From NCBI GenBank assembly GCA_964016885.1, contig OZ024742.1, forward strand, positions 245,024,001 through 245,088,000: a DNA stretch of 64,000 nt. The letters are read 5' to 3'. Source of the DNA: Eledone cirrhosa (taxonomy: Eukaryota). This document shows, in pieces, positions 30,043 to 46,199 of the stretch (positions are counted from its first letter, which is position 1; each line of letters begins with the position of its first letter). The notes under the pieces are model-generated. The model searched no databases, was not told the DNA's origin, and saw only the letters and a list, made by a program, of their open reading frames with translations. The position numbers and the translations under genes are program-made.

Positions 30043-30122
30043 CTCCCAACTAATTAGTTTCAGAAATGGAATAAATATACTTTCCGAAGAAAATACAGAG
30101 AAGCATTTCGTCGTCAGGGAAG
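30043..30122 (-). ncRNA. Type I hammerhead ribozyme motif (family F) with long helix II insert
   Basis: Minus: CTTCC-CTGACGA-c-GAAATG...CATTTC-t-GAAA-CTAATTAG-TT^-GGGAG. Confidence 0.7.
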
Positions 30123-30461
30123 ACTATTCTCAGCTAAGTATCCAGGCAAAGCGTGGACTCTGGAAACTTATTCAAAAATAATTCAGTGGATAGAAAATAG
30201 CAAAGCGTGGACTGAATTCCTAGCCATTGAGAAAATCAATGCCTCTGCGTCGGTGGCAAATTCAAAAAGAATCAATCACGTGACATCGAGGTCAATCAGT
30301 GGAAAGTGGTTTGTTAATAAGACAGCGGCCTGCCTGCTACCATAGCAGCAGTCTTGGCCAATATTGCTCGACAAATAATTTGGAGATAATTATAAAGAAT
30401 TAATATCTAGTAACATATATATACATATATGTATATACACACACACACACATATATAAATA

Positions 30462-32880
30462 AAATAATAATAATAATAATGGTTTCTTTATTGGCCACAA
30501 GGGATAACACGAAGAAAAACATTACAGACGGCACAGAACGGTACTGGACGATACAAAGTGGGTTTTGGCCGAGTAAAAAGGTTATAACAAGAAGATAGAA
30601 TGTGTAAAAACAAATAAAAAAAATTCAAACAACAAAAATTCCCCCAACAGGGGGAAACCTCCGAGGGTCGCGCGTGGTGAAAAACCACACAAAAGACCAT
30701 GGCCACTCTGACCATCAGGGCAAGCGCCCTCTCTCAGTTCTCCTACACCTCAGTCTACAGGCGCATAGTCAGAACGGGCCCGTTCACTCGAACCCGATTC
30801 TCCACTTTCACCCACCGTTCAACAAACCTACTAGAAGACAGCACTTGCTTCTCCATCCCGATTTTCCTCTTCAAGTGAAATTTGAAAAGGTTAATCAGGG
30901 ATTCACCGAAGAGGAAAGTGTCCGTCTTCAATCATTTCAACCTTGTCCACCATACAATCTCTTTCGGCATGGCCACCAGGCAGATGAAAACTGCCTGCCC
31001 TTCCTCCTCCTTAAAGGAGGACGGCGGGGCTATCTGCACAATGAACTCAGTCGATAACGGGATCCGTCCTACACGTAACAGCAACTGTTCGACATAGCTC
31101 CACAAGTCAGCAATGTTCGGACACTGAACGAGTGCGTGCACAACGGTTTCATCGCCCTGTGCGCATCTCGAACAGGTTCGACTGATGGCACGGAAGCTTA
31201 TCGCGAACCGGCAACGCTCCCCGGTAGCACTTTCAGGCCAGAGATTTCTGGAAGTTGTTCATAGGCCCCGGGCTGAAAGTTCTCTTGAAGAGAGCGAACA
31301 GCTGATCGTCTTCGACGCCCAGGGTTTCCCCGAGAACGTCGTCACTCTTCCCCTCCACTAGTCCTCTATAGAACGCCGAGGTGAATGTTTCACCGATACT
31401 AGTGCCCAGCTGGTAGAAGGCTGTGAGTGCTTGGAGACATTCCAGCTTCCAAGCACTATCCTTCGGTCTTTTACTGATCCAGGACTGCAGCTCCATTACG
31501 GTTACCACACCTGTTCGCTGTCAAGGAAGTACCAGAGATGTCGCAGCCTCAGCCCGTCTTTGCGCATCATCAGCCACGGCATGCCCATTCTTCCACGCAA
31601 CGGGTGTTGACAGCAGATGGAAGGTCTGACCATGGGAGTGCGTCCTTCCATAAAAAGCGGAAAAGGAGGCGCTCTATTTTTGTCAGAGTTGGGCCGAGGC
31701 AAGGCACAACGGTTAGGCGGTAGCAGATGACGGATGCGATGAACGCATTCGCCACCTCTGCCCGACCTTTCAGGGACAGCTTCCTCTCGGTCACCTAGTT
31801 CCAGTTTTTCTCCATCTGGAAGTCCGGACCGAACCAGACCCAGAGCAATTTAACCGGTCCTTCCGTCCAGCGCCCCACGATGCTGTCGGGCGGCATGGAC
31901 TCGCCTCTCCAGGTGCCGAGCTGCAAGCCCACCCACTTTTCCTGGTTTAACTTTGCTCCTGTCACTGCTTCATATTCCTTGAGAGTGGTGCCGAGCATCT
32001 GGACATGACCGGTGCTTGACACCACCACGGTGACGTCATCGGCGTAAGCCGATACGGACCTCCCACATCCCAGTTCCCGTGGGACGCCTCTCATCGCCTC
32101 CAATTTGTACAGTAACGGCTCTACGGCCAATACGTACAAGAGCAACGAGAGGGGACAACGGCTGTGCATCACTGCGATCCAACCCCTGAAAATGGGCCCA
32201 AAACCGGCCGTCTAGAGGACCGCCGCCAGGCACTGATGGTCGACCCTATCAAATGCCTTAGATTGATCCAAGTTGATCAAGGCTCCACCCGTGCCAGGTT
32301 CCTTAACCACCCTCTCTATCATGTATCGCATGAGGTGGAGGTTGTCGTGGTTGAATCTGTCTGGAATGGCGCATGTCTGCGCCTCTCCCACCAGATCACC
32401 GACGACAAACACCAATCTCGTTGCTAACACCTTGGCCAAAATCTTGAAATTGCGTTTAACAGAGTTATGGGCCTGAAGTTATCTATAACGTCCTCCTTGT
32501 TCGGGCCTTTTCTCAACAGCGCCACCGCTCCCCGGCTCACAAAACGGGGAATGCTCCCGTTTTGCTGCCAGTTGCAGTAGACATCTGCCAAGAGGTCGCC
32601 GAACAAGTCTGCCATGTACGCATAAAGCTCGTAAGGCAGACCATCCAAACCTGGCGATTTACCCCACGTGCAGTCAGACATCGCTTCCCGTATTTCATCT
32701 GCTGTTATCGGCTTTTCGCAATACTGCGCTGCGATCGTCGAGAGCTGCGGCAGTCCCTCGAAGTATGCACTGAAGTTCATACTTCGATCCGGCCCTCCGC
32801 CGCTCCCAAACAGTTTGAGCAAAGAGCTGCTGAAAAGTCTCACACGGACGATTTTTTATGCCTTCATTACGTTCATTGAT
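30462..32880 (-). mobile_element. Decayed 5'-truncated L1/Tx1-clade LINE
   Basis: [72 protein letters not shown]; AATAAA then (TTA)n tail. Confidence 0.88.
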
Positions 32881-32957
32881 TAGTGATGCGCGTTTCGCTA
32901 TTAATCAGCTCAAGGTTCGATCTGTATCGATCTGGATATATATATTTATATGTATTT

Positions 32958-32996
<39 letters not shown>

Positions 32997-32997
<1 letters not shown>

Positions 32998-33211
32998 CGA
33001 AGGAAATGTGGTAAGGAAGCAGGTGGACCATAACGCACCAAAGTACTCAATACTTATGGTAGTAGAGTAGGTAATAGGAACGAGTAGGACCCCGACGACT
33101 GAGCTCAAGCAGTTTCGACGGGTAATTCTGGACTAAACATTTTTTTTTTTTTTTTAGTCCAGAATTAGCCGTCGAAACGGCTTGAGCTCAGCCGTCGGGG
33201 TCCTACTCGTT

Positions 33212-33215
<4 letters not shown>
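32997..33215 (-). mobile_element. Fold-back repeat family K
   Basis: Palindrome ~33075-33215 with a T-tract at its centre. Confidence 0.8.
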
Positions 33216-33277
<62 letters not shown>

Positions 33278-33371
33278 AATGTTTATAACTAATTCAGAAC
33301 ACTCGACAGTTTTCTGGAGTAAATATTCAATGATATTAAATAAATGAAAACTATATTAATAAAACCATATT

Positions 33372-33432
33372 TATTCTATTATATATATTTCAAGGGTACC
33401 AAAACTTTGGTACGCTTTCATCAGATAAAATA
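33372..33432 (-). ncRNA. Type I hammerhead ribozyme motif (family B)
   Basis: Minus: tattttat-CTGATGA-aagcGTACCAAA gt TTTGGTAC cctt-GAAA-tatata-TA^-atagaata. Confidence 0.75.
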
Positions 33433-33568
33433 CAAAGAGTGTTTTATAAATGTTGACATAGCCAAGGAAACATACTTTATCAGTTGAATTTTCATTGGGT
33501 AGTAATGTGTATGTATACACATATATATGTATGTATGTGTATATATATATATATGCATGTAATGTATG

Positions 33569-33649
<81 letters not shown>

Positions 33650-33706
33650 GTATATATATGTATATATATATTTGTCTATGTGTGTATGTATATATATCTA
33701 TGTCAG

Positions 33707-34310
33707 GTCACCAGTTGGTGCTACTGGTAACATGTATCCCAGTACAACCTGTCTCATGGTCGGGTCGTTGGCGACTAAACTGGCAACCCCACCAAGGTTT
33801 CTTGGTGGGGAGGGTGACTTTGGACATCCTGCAGGACTAAAAACAAAACCTGTCAAAGGGCAAAGGAACTCTTAAGAGTCAATGGCCATCCAAAATCACC
33901 GGGAGAGATGTCCCCTTAGCCTTTGTCAAGGCAGCATTCTAGGAGAAGGAAAACTCTGATATAACACCTGCAACCCTGATGGTATCCAATGATGTTGACT
34001 TGTTCTTCTTTTTGGTAAATATCATCTTGGTTAAGAGAGTGGGACTGGGTTTGTGCAGTGCTTTTGCTCACTATAAAAGCTTCACGGCACAGACATTGCT
34101 TTATATCTGGAGATCTCTCTGCACTTGTCATCACATGGTACAATGGGCCCAGCACTATGTGTCAATAATTGTCACAAGTGTAGTGTTTGTACCAGAGTTT
34201 TCAATTCGCTGGCTGGACTAAAAAGTCACACTCATTCAGCGCTTCGTAGGGGTTCTCCTACATGGATATAAAGTAGTGGCCGTACTCGAAAACGAGTTGG
34301 CAGCCACCAT
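33707..34310 (+). mobile_element. ~600-bp non-autonomous repeat with RTE-5'UTR-like head
   Basis: Contains ctaaactggcaacccc and ctaggagaaggaaaactctg; ends ggcagccacc-ATAT; copies at 5724 and 49722, diverged ones at 35050-35650 and 21700-21820. Confidence 0.7.
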
Positions 34311-34347
34311 ATATAAACTGATGCGTGCATATATGTATGAGTACCTG

Positions 34348-34393
<46 letters not shown>

Positions 34394-34821
34394 TGCTACT
34401 GTACGTCTGAATACATATATGTATGTACGTATACATACATACTTACATTTAAGTAAGTGCCATACTAAGAGTGAGAAATGAAATTTCGTTTTCATTTTTT
34501 TCAACTTATCGTTTTCGGTATGCCTGACCGATTTAACTCACTCAATATGCAAATTAGGCTGCTCAGCCGTTAATTTTCATAAGGAAAGTATATACTTTCG
34601 AACGTTCAACTATCTGGCAGATGGGTAAACGGTCCTGATGATAGCTAACAAGCTTGAAACTAGTACATCGTTCCTGTGTCAGTGTTGAACAAAAAGGTGA
34701 CGTGGTTGCCTTAACACCGTATGGCATAAATTCAGGCTGTTCAGTTTGTTGACAAACGAACAAAGCGGCGTTATAATAAGCGTCCGCTAAACTGATGCGT
34801 GCATATATGTATGTGTACCTG

Positions 34822-34877
<56 letters not shown>

Positions 34878-34988
34878 TGCTATTGTACGTCTGTATACAT
34901 ATATGTATGTACGTATACATACATACTTACATTTAAGTAAGTGCCATACTAAGAGTGAGAAATGAAATTTCGTTTTCATTTTTTTCAA

Positions 34989-35047
<59 letters not shown>

Positions 35048-35774
35048 TGCCCCTCGTTATCGAGTATGGCCATTGCATGATATACCATTATTAATATTTA
35101 TTAATTAATTCTATCGTGCAATGCCTGTGCGTGAAGATATTTTTTAAAGTGAGGAAAGACTGTGCACTGAGCCAATCCCACTCTCTGAGCGACAGTAGCT
35201 ATAACCCGAAAAGAAGAAAAGATCAACATTATCGGTAAATACTGAGCCGCAGGTTTTATATCGGAGTTATCCCAGTTGCCTTCTCCTAGACGAATGCCCT
35301 GACAAAGGTTAGGGGTCCTTCACTCCTAGTGGTTTAACCGCGCGATCGGGTATCCAGCCCAACTATTTCTATGTCCCCGCGCATATACATACACATGTAC
35401 CCATGTATATACACATATACATACATATGTACATGTGCATGTACATATTTACACACTTTTGGATAGCCGTTGACTCTTATGAGTTCTTTCGCCCTTTGTC
35501 AGGTTTTGTTTTTTGTCGTGTAGGGTATCCAAAATAACCCTCCTCACCAAGTAAACTTGGTGGAGTTGCCGGTTTAGTCTCCGACGACCCGACTACGCGA
35601 CAGGTTGTACTGGGTTACATGTTACCAGTAACATTCAAGAGTGACCCGACATACATATATACATGCATATATACATACATATATACATATATACATGCAT
35701 ATATATATATGTATATGTATATATATACACATACATTACATATATATATATATACACACATACATACATATATA

Positions 35775-35821
<47 letters not shown>

Positions 35822-35827
<6 letters not shown>

Positions 35828-36695
35828 ATACTTTGGGAGGGTCATGTTGCCAATAAGAAACACACGCACCAGTTGCTTTCACTCCAATTTATTATAAATT
35901 AAATTTATAAATTTAAGAAATTTGTAAATTTCCGGCTGGCTGGTTGGTTCCACAACCGGACGGTTGTTCATATATTGTCAAAGTTCTTTCGTCACACATT
36001 CTGTGACCTCTTCAGTGACTGGGGATTCTTTTCTTTGTTTTGTGCCTCTCCTTTGTTCTGTCCTACGCCATCTTGTTTTTGTGTGTTGTTTGCTTAATTT
36101 GCGCATGCGTTACATCCGGGTGTCTGTTTGTGTTTCTATTTGTTTATTTATTTGTTTATTTACATGTTACTAGTTGGTTGTTTGTTCTATGTGTGTGTGT
36201 TTTCATTTTGTCCTTAATTGTAAGTTGTGATGTTGCTGTTCCACTCATGTTTTCTATTTAATTTTGGTTGGAGTTAATTTATGTTTATTGCCTCTGTCAT
36301 TTGTCTAAACATTGCGTCTTTTCTGTGTGTAGATTTGCCCTTATGTTCTATTTTAGCATGTTGGTGGAGTACTGATGATTCTTTTTCTATCTTGAAGCTC
36401 TCACCAGTGTTCATTTAATCGTTCCCCTATACTACGAGCTGTCTCACCTATGTACACTATATTCTTATCTCTACATTGTCCTTCAGTACATCTTATGCTA
36501 TATACTATGTTTCTAGTTTTGCAGTTAATTTGGGGGCTTAGTTTACAGATTATACATTTCTTATCTATACAGGGAGGTCTTTGAAAAGGGTATGTATTAC
36601 TAATAAGTGTTTTTATGGAGGTACCTGGTCTTTCTACTATCTTCATATTGAGTTTCAACACACGTTTCAACACAGGTTTTCAGACAAAGAAACGA
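35822..36695 (-). mobile_element. Penelope-like element 3' end: GIY-YIG remnant followed by pseudo-LTR with HHR at 35977-36019
   Basis: GIY-YIG peptide upstream of a same-strand gtca-CTGAAGA-ggtcacagaatgtgtgac-GAAA-gaac-TT^-tgac. Confidence 0.85.
36401..36673 (-). pseudogene. Penelope GIY-YIG endonuclease fragment
   Basis: C..KC.IC..CKTRNIVYSIRC...C...VYIGETARSIGERLNEH, then an in-frame stop. Confidence 0.85.
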
Positions 36696-36696
36696 A

Positions 36697-36751
<55 letters not shown>

Positions 36752-36859
36752 TATATGGTGGCTGCCAATTCGTTTTCGAGTACGGCCACTACTTTATATC
36801 CATGTAGGAGTACCCTACCCATGCGCTTTCCCCTATCTTAATATATATCTTAAGATATA

Positions 36860-36917
36860 TAATGTATATATATATATTATGTGTATATATATATATATTA
36901 TGTATATATATATATAT

Positions 36918-36963
<46 letters not shown>

Positions 36964-37316
36964 GTATATGTATATATATATATATATTATGTATGTATAT
37001 ATATATATATATTATGTATGTATATATATATATATTATGTATGTATATGTATATATATATTATGTACGTATATGTATATATATATATATTATGTATATAT
37101 ATATATTATGTATATATATATATTATGTATATATATATATATATATTATGTATATATATATATATATATTATGTATATATATATATATTATGTATATATA
37201 TATATTATGTATATATATATATATATTATGTATATATATATATATATTATGTATATATATATATATATTATGTATATATATATATTATATATGTATATAT
37301 ATATATTATATATATA

Positions 37317-37355
<39 letters not shown>

Positions 37356-37893
37356 GTATATATATATTATGTGTATATATATATATATTGTGTATATATA
37401 TATATATATTATGTTTATATATATATATATACATAATATATATATATATATAATATATATATATATATATACATATATAATATATATATATATATAATAT
37501 ATATATATATATTATGTTTATATATATATATATACATAATATATATATATATATAATATATATATATATATACATATATAATATATATATATATATAATA
37601 TATATATATATATTATGTATATATATATATATATTATGTATATATATATATATATTATGTATATATATATATATATTATGTATATATATATATATATATT
37701 ATGTATATATATATATATATTATGTATATATATATATTATGCATATATATATATATTATGTATATATATATATATTATATATATGTATATATATATATTA
37801 TGTATATATATATATATATATATTATGTATATATATATATATATTATGTATATATATATTATGTATATATATATATTATGTATATATATATAC

Positions 37894-37929
<36 letters not shown>

Positions 37930-37930
37930 G

Positions 37931-37963
<33 letters not shown>

Positions 37964-38026
37964 TATGTATATATATATATTATGTATATATATATATACA
38001 TAATATATATATATATATATATACAT

Positions 38027-38064
<38 letters not shown>

Positions 38065-38410
38065 GTGTATATATATATATATTATGTGTATATATATATA
38101 TATTATGTGTATATATATATAAATAATGTGTATATATATGTATATATATATATTATGTGTGTATATATATATATATATATTATGTGTATATATATGTATA
38201 TATATATATATATTATGTATATATATATATATTATGTGTATATATATGTATATATATATATATATTATGTATATATATATATATTATGTGTATATATATG
38301 TATATATATATACACATATATATATTATGTATATATATATATGTTATGTATATATATTATGTATATATATATATATTATGTGTATATATATTTATATATA
38401 TATATATATA

Positions 38411-38458
<48 letters not shown>
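36860..38458. repeat. Compound satellite TTATG-(TA)n
   Basis: Direct. Confidence 0.9.
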
Positions 38459-39890
<1,432 letters not shown>

Positions 39891-39925
39891 ATATATATAT
39901 ATATATATTTATTTATTATGTATGT

Positions 39926-40158
39926 ATACTCAATACTTAGAGTAGTAGAATGGGTAATAGGAGAAAGTATGACCCCGACGACAGAGCTCAAGCCGTTACG
40001 ACGGCTATTTCTGGACCGAGTCCAGAAATAGCCATCGAAACGGCTTGAGCTCTGCCGTCGGGGTCATACGTTTTCCTATTTCCCAATCTACTACTCTAAG
40101 TATTGAGTACTCTGAAGCGCTATGGTCCATCTGGTTCCTTACCACAATTTCTTTGTTA
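39926..40158 (+). mobile_element. Fold-back repeat family K (subfamily variant)
   Basis: Palindrome ~39926-40110 with 3-nt loop cga. Confidence 0.8.
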
Positions 40159-40159
40159 T

Positions 40160-40285
40160 ATATAGATATATATATATACATAATTAATATATATATATAT
40201 ACATACGTAATAAATATATATATATACATACATAATAAATATATATATATATACATACGTAATAAATATATATATATACATACAT

Positions 40286-40340
<55 letters not shown>

Positions 40341-40371
40341 AATAATAAATATATATATATATATATACATA

Positions 40372-40402
<31 letters not shown>

Positions 40403-40532
40403 CATGATAAATATATATATATATATATACATACATAATAAATATATATATATATATATATATACATACATAATAAATATATATATATATGTATATATAT
40501 ACATACATAATAAAAATAAATATACATACATA

Positions 40533-40569
<37 letters not shown>

Positions 40570-40581
40570 TATACATAATAA

Positions 40582-40612
<31 letters not shown>

Positions 40613-40640
40613 CATACATAATAAAAATAAATATACATAC

Positions 40641-40676
<36 letters not shown>

Positions 40677-40684
40677 TATACATA

Positions 40685-40729
<45 letters not shown>

Positions 40730-40845
40730 ATAAATATATATATATATATATACATAATAAATATATATATATATATTTATATACATAATAAATATATATA
40801 TATTTATATATGCATAATAAATAAATATATATATATATATGCATA

Positions 40846-40935
<90 letters not shown>

Positions 40936-41036
40936 CATAATAAATATATATATATATACATACATAATAAATATATATATATATATATATACATAATAAA
41001 TATATATATATATATTTATTATGTATATATATATAT
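40160..41036. repeat. Compound satellite CATAATAAA-(TA)n
   Basis: Direct. Confidence 0.9.
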
Positions 41037-41037
41037 A

Positions 41038-41607
41038 TTGGTAAAAGGAAAAGAAAATGCTGACAAATTGGTCCCAGTGAAAAATACTTTAATAAGTAAA
41101 AATTAGTAATACGTATTGGTTAGTATTCAGTTTTAGTTTTTACCATTATCACAACAATGAACCTCTTACTACACACACACATATTTGTCTTAGAAGACTT
41201 ATTTTTCAGTGACTTCTCAATCAGGCGAAAAAGGACACTCTTCGACAAACCTACATTTGGCGCAAAATCAATTTTTAACATTCACATGACCTCTACCGAC
41301 CAATCAAAATTGTTTTGACCACAAGAATTTTTGCAACACGAATTGGCGCGAAACTTATTTTAATACCTCTGGAGCCACTTTTTTCACATAAAACAGGTAG
41401 AATTACCAAAACTGATCTGATTAAAGCAAAAATCACGATCACCCTATCTCAAAATTATTATTGAAAAGCATTAGAAATGCGCAACCGGTAAAAACTTAAA
41501 ACTAAAACTGAATACTAACCAATACTTATTACTAATTTTTACTTATTCTTAATTAAACTATTTTTCACTGGGAACAATTTGTCAGCATTTTCTTTTCCTT
41601 TTACCAA
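41038..41607. mobile_element. ~570-bp element with ~100-bp terminal inverted repeats (MITE-like)
   Basis: ttggtaaaaggaaaagaaaatgctgacaaatt... vs ...aatttgtcagcattttcttttccttttaccaa; TA on both sides; no ORF. Confidence 0.65.
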
Positions 41608-41637
41608 TATATCACAACTCGTGTGTTACACCTCTAT

Positions 41638-41684
<47 letters not shown>

Positions 41685-41687
41685 GTA

Positions 41688-41733
<46 letters not shown>

Positions 41734-42538
41734 GTACGTTTATATATATATATATATATTATGTACGTATATATATATATATTATGTACGTTTATATATA
41801 TATATATATTATGTATGTATATATATTATGTATGTATATATATATATATATATATATTATGTATGTATATATATATTATGTATGTGTATATATAAATATA
41901 TATTATGTATGTATATATATATATATATATATTGTTATATTTGGGGAGGGTCATATTTGCGTAATATTGCCAGAATTAATAACAGAACACACTCACTGTT
42001 TGGTTGGTTTTCGCTTCTCGCTGTCTTTTATATCTGCGATCTAACTTACTCGGTCCTCAATGTTGCCATTGACTGACCGGCGGTCAAAAATAATACAGAT
42101 ACAATATAGACACAAACACATATATATAGTTTACATAATTTACATAAATCTTTCGTTGCACATCTGCAACATCGTCAGTGGTGTTATATTCATTGTTCCT
42201 CCTGTTGTGTTGTATGTCTACGCCATTTTTTATTCAGTTTGTCTATATATTTATTTATTTATTTACTTGTTTGTTTATCTTATTTTATTTTGTCTTCTTT
42301 GCGCATGCGTTTGCGTGTGTGTATAGTGTTATGTGTGATGTGTGACTAGTGTGTATAGTGTTGTGTCTGCTGGGTGACTAGTGTGTGTTTATGTGCTTGT
42401 TGTTATTGTGCTTGTGTATGTATTTATTTATCTTATTTTATTTTATTTTATTTTATTTTATTTACTCCCCAAATATAACAATATCTGTTTCGACACACGA
42501 TTTCATATAAAAAACCTCGCTAAACTAATTCATCGCCG

Positions 42539-43419
<881 letters not shown>

Positions 43420-43537
43420 AAACATAAATTATCGAGATTCGCATTTCGGCCCACGAAATAACGAAAAACAACCTCCGAGATGTGAGGCAAGTGCTCAATG
43501 GTTCAGATGAACCAGAGCTATAACAAACGTTAAACGC

Positions 43538-43650
<113 letters not shown>

Positions 43651-43931
43651 AAAGGATAACAAGGACGATTGGTTACTCCTTCATTACATTTATTGGTAGG
43701 TGACGCGCGTTTCGCCACTGATCAGCTCAAGGTTCAATCTGTATCGATTTTACCCGACTCTATAATCGGCAGCTCGACGGACCCTTTAAAATGCTATAGC
43801 ATGGAAAAAGATGAGTATTGACGTACATGTACGTCAATACTCATCTTTTTCCATTTCTCTGAGGGTTCTAAACCCCACTATCAGGCTAAAAATCTCTTTA
43901 GTAAAAAATACGGTGAAAGCCTATATTTCTA

Positions 43932-44015
<84 letters not shown>

Positions 44016-44183
44016 GGATTAACAAATAATAGTTAAATGCAGTCCACTTAGGTGAAGTCCAGTTATGGTATTCCAGGTAGTGGATGATATTAACGCTTGG
44101 CTTGGTTTGACTCAACAAGGCGTTTTCATAGTGATGCTGCGGGTATGCTGTAATTCCTATGTTGTAGACACTTGGAGTAATAA

Positions 44184-44508
44184 TAAATCAGGAAAGAAGG
44201 TTTACATGGTTTGCTATACAAAAAAGTTTTTAATCACATAGCTTACAGTTGTTTCACTGAACTGGTATGTCTAGAGATCGCTATCCGCCTAATTTTGCGT
44301 CACTCGATCGCCAATACAGAATTATAACCAGTCAGATCTATAACCAGCATGCTCCGAAGATCTGACTGGTTATAATTCTGTATTGGCGATCGAGTGACGC
44401 AAAATTAGGCGGATAGCGATCTCTAGACATACCAGTTCAGTGAAACAAATGTATGTGATTAAAAACTTTTTTGTATAGCAAACCATGTAAACCTTCTTTC
44501 CTGATTTA
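44184..44508. repeat. ~155-bp-arm palindrome with a degenerate hammerhead
   Basis: Arms 44184-44339 and 44358-44508; gct-CCGAAGA-t-ctgactggt...accagttcag-t-GAAA-ca. Confidence 0.8.
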
Positions 44509-44561
44509 TATATATATATATATATATAATTGTATATATATAATGTATGTATGTACGTAAC

Positions 44562-45344
44562 AACCGGTGTGGGCACCGTTTGTGAGACAGGCCTTCCCAC
44601 AACTTGTCTCGCTGACGTTGCTGCAGTCCTGGGTCAAGCGAAGACCGAAGAAGATGGGCGCCTGGCACATTGAATGCGCCCAGGCGCTCACAGTCCTCCG
44701 TCAAGCGGGCACAGCAATCAGTGGATACTCCACTTCGACATTCTATAGAGGGTTAGTACTTTACAGGTGCGAGGACGTGCTCGGGGAGACTCTAGGCATC
44801 GAAGACGACGAGCTCACGAGTCTGTTCGATAGGACTTTCCGCCCGGGACCTATGGACAACTTCCAGAGGTCCCTGGCCTAGCAGTGCTACCGAGGAGCTC
44901 TACCTGTTCGAGATAAGATCTACAAGCACGGTCACTCCGGCAGGGATCGTGTCCAAGATGCGGGCAGGACATTGAAACCGTTTTGCTCGCAATTGTACAC
45001 GGCCCGGGCGTAAGCGACCTGTGGAACGATGCAGAACAACTGCTGTCGCAACTCCAGTTGACTGCCGAGTCCATAGTAAGAATCAAACCGCCAGAGAGGC
45101 GGTTTTCCTCTGTACAGTGGCTATGGTGAAAGAGGTTATATGGTGGACGAGATTGAGAGGACTGAGGACAGATGCCTTTCTCTCCGGACAACAATTGATT
45201 CCCTTCTTTAAGTATCACTTTAGATCACTATTGGGGATTTCGATTGTTATAATTGTTTCTTTCAATATTTTTACACGACTGTATGTAAAATCCCCGGCAT
45301 GTATTGTCCCCTTTCCTTGTGCGCCCTTGTGGCAAATAAAGAAA
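44562..45344 (+). mobile_element. L1/Tx1-clade LINE 3' fragment
   Basis: VWAPFVRQAFPQL, STFYRGLV, PMDNFQRSLA, CPRC; homologous to 30900-31520. Confidence 0.85.
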
Positions 45345-45664
45345 TATATATATATGTATGTACGTATATATATGTATGAATACATATATCTATCTCTCTC
45401 TCTATATATATATATATGTATGTACGTATATATATATATATATGAATACATATATCTATCTCTGTCTCTCTCTCTATATATATATGTATGTACGTATATA
45501 TATATGTATGAATACATATATCTATCTATCTCTATCTCTCTCTATATATATATGTATGTACGTATATATATATATATATGAATACATATATCTATCTCTG
45601 TCTCTCTCTCTATATATATATATATGTACGTATATATATATATATATATGAATACATATATCTA

Positions 45665-45695
<31 letters not shown>

Positions 45696-46185
45696 GTACG
45701 TATATATATATGTATGAATACATATATCTATCTATCTATATATATATATATATATATATGTATGTACGTATATATATATATATATGAATACATATATCTA
45801 TCTCTGTCTCTCTCTATATATATATATGTATGTACGTATATATATATATGTATGAATACATATATCTATCTATCTATCTCTCTCTATATATATATGTACG
45901 TATATATATATGTATGAATACATATATCTATCTCTCTCTATATATATATGTACGTATATATATATGTATGAATACATATATCTATCTCTCTCTATATATA
46001 TATGTACGTATATATATATGTATGAATACATATATCTATCTATCTATATATATATATATATATATGTATGTACGTATATATATATGTATGAATACATATA
46101 TCTATATGTGTATATATATGTACGTATATATATAACTATATACGTATATATATGTATATATACGTATATATATGTATATGTACGT
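45345..46185. repeat. Compound minisatellite (tatgaatacatatatctatc..gtacgt with variable TA/TC runs)
   Basis: Direct. Confidence 0.9.
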
Positions 46186-46199
46186 ATCTGCTGTCGAAT

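Noticed and set aside
43694-43735. Minus-strand gc..gc-GAAA-CGCGCG-TC (also at 32883-32915)
   Set aside because: The 3' half looks like a hammerhead but there is no CUGANGA core, so it is not counted
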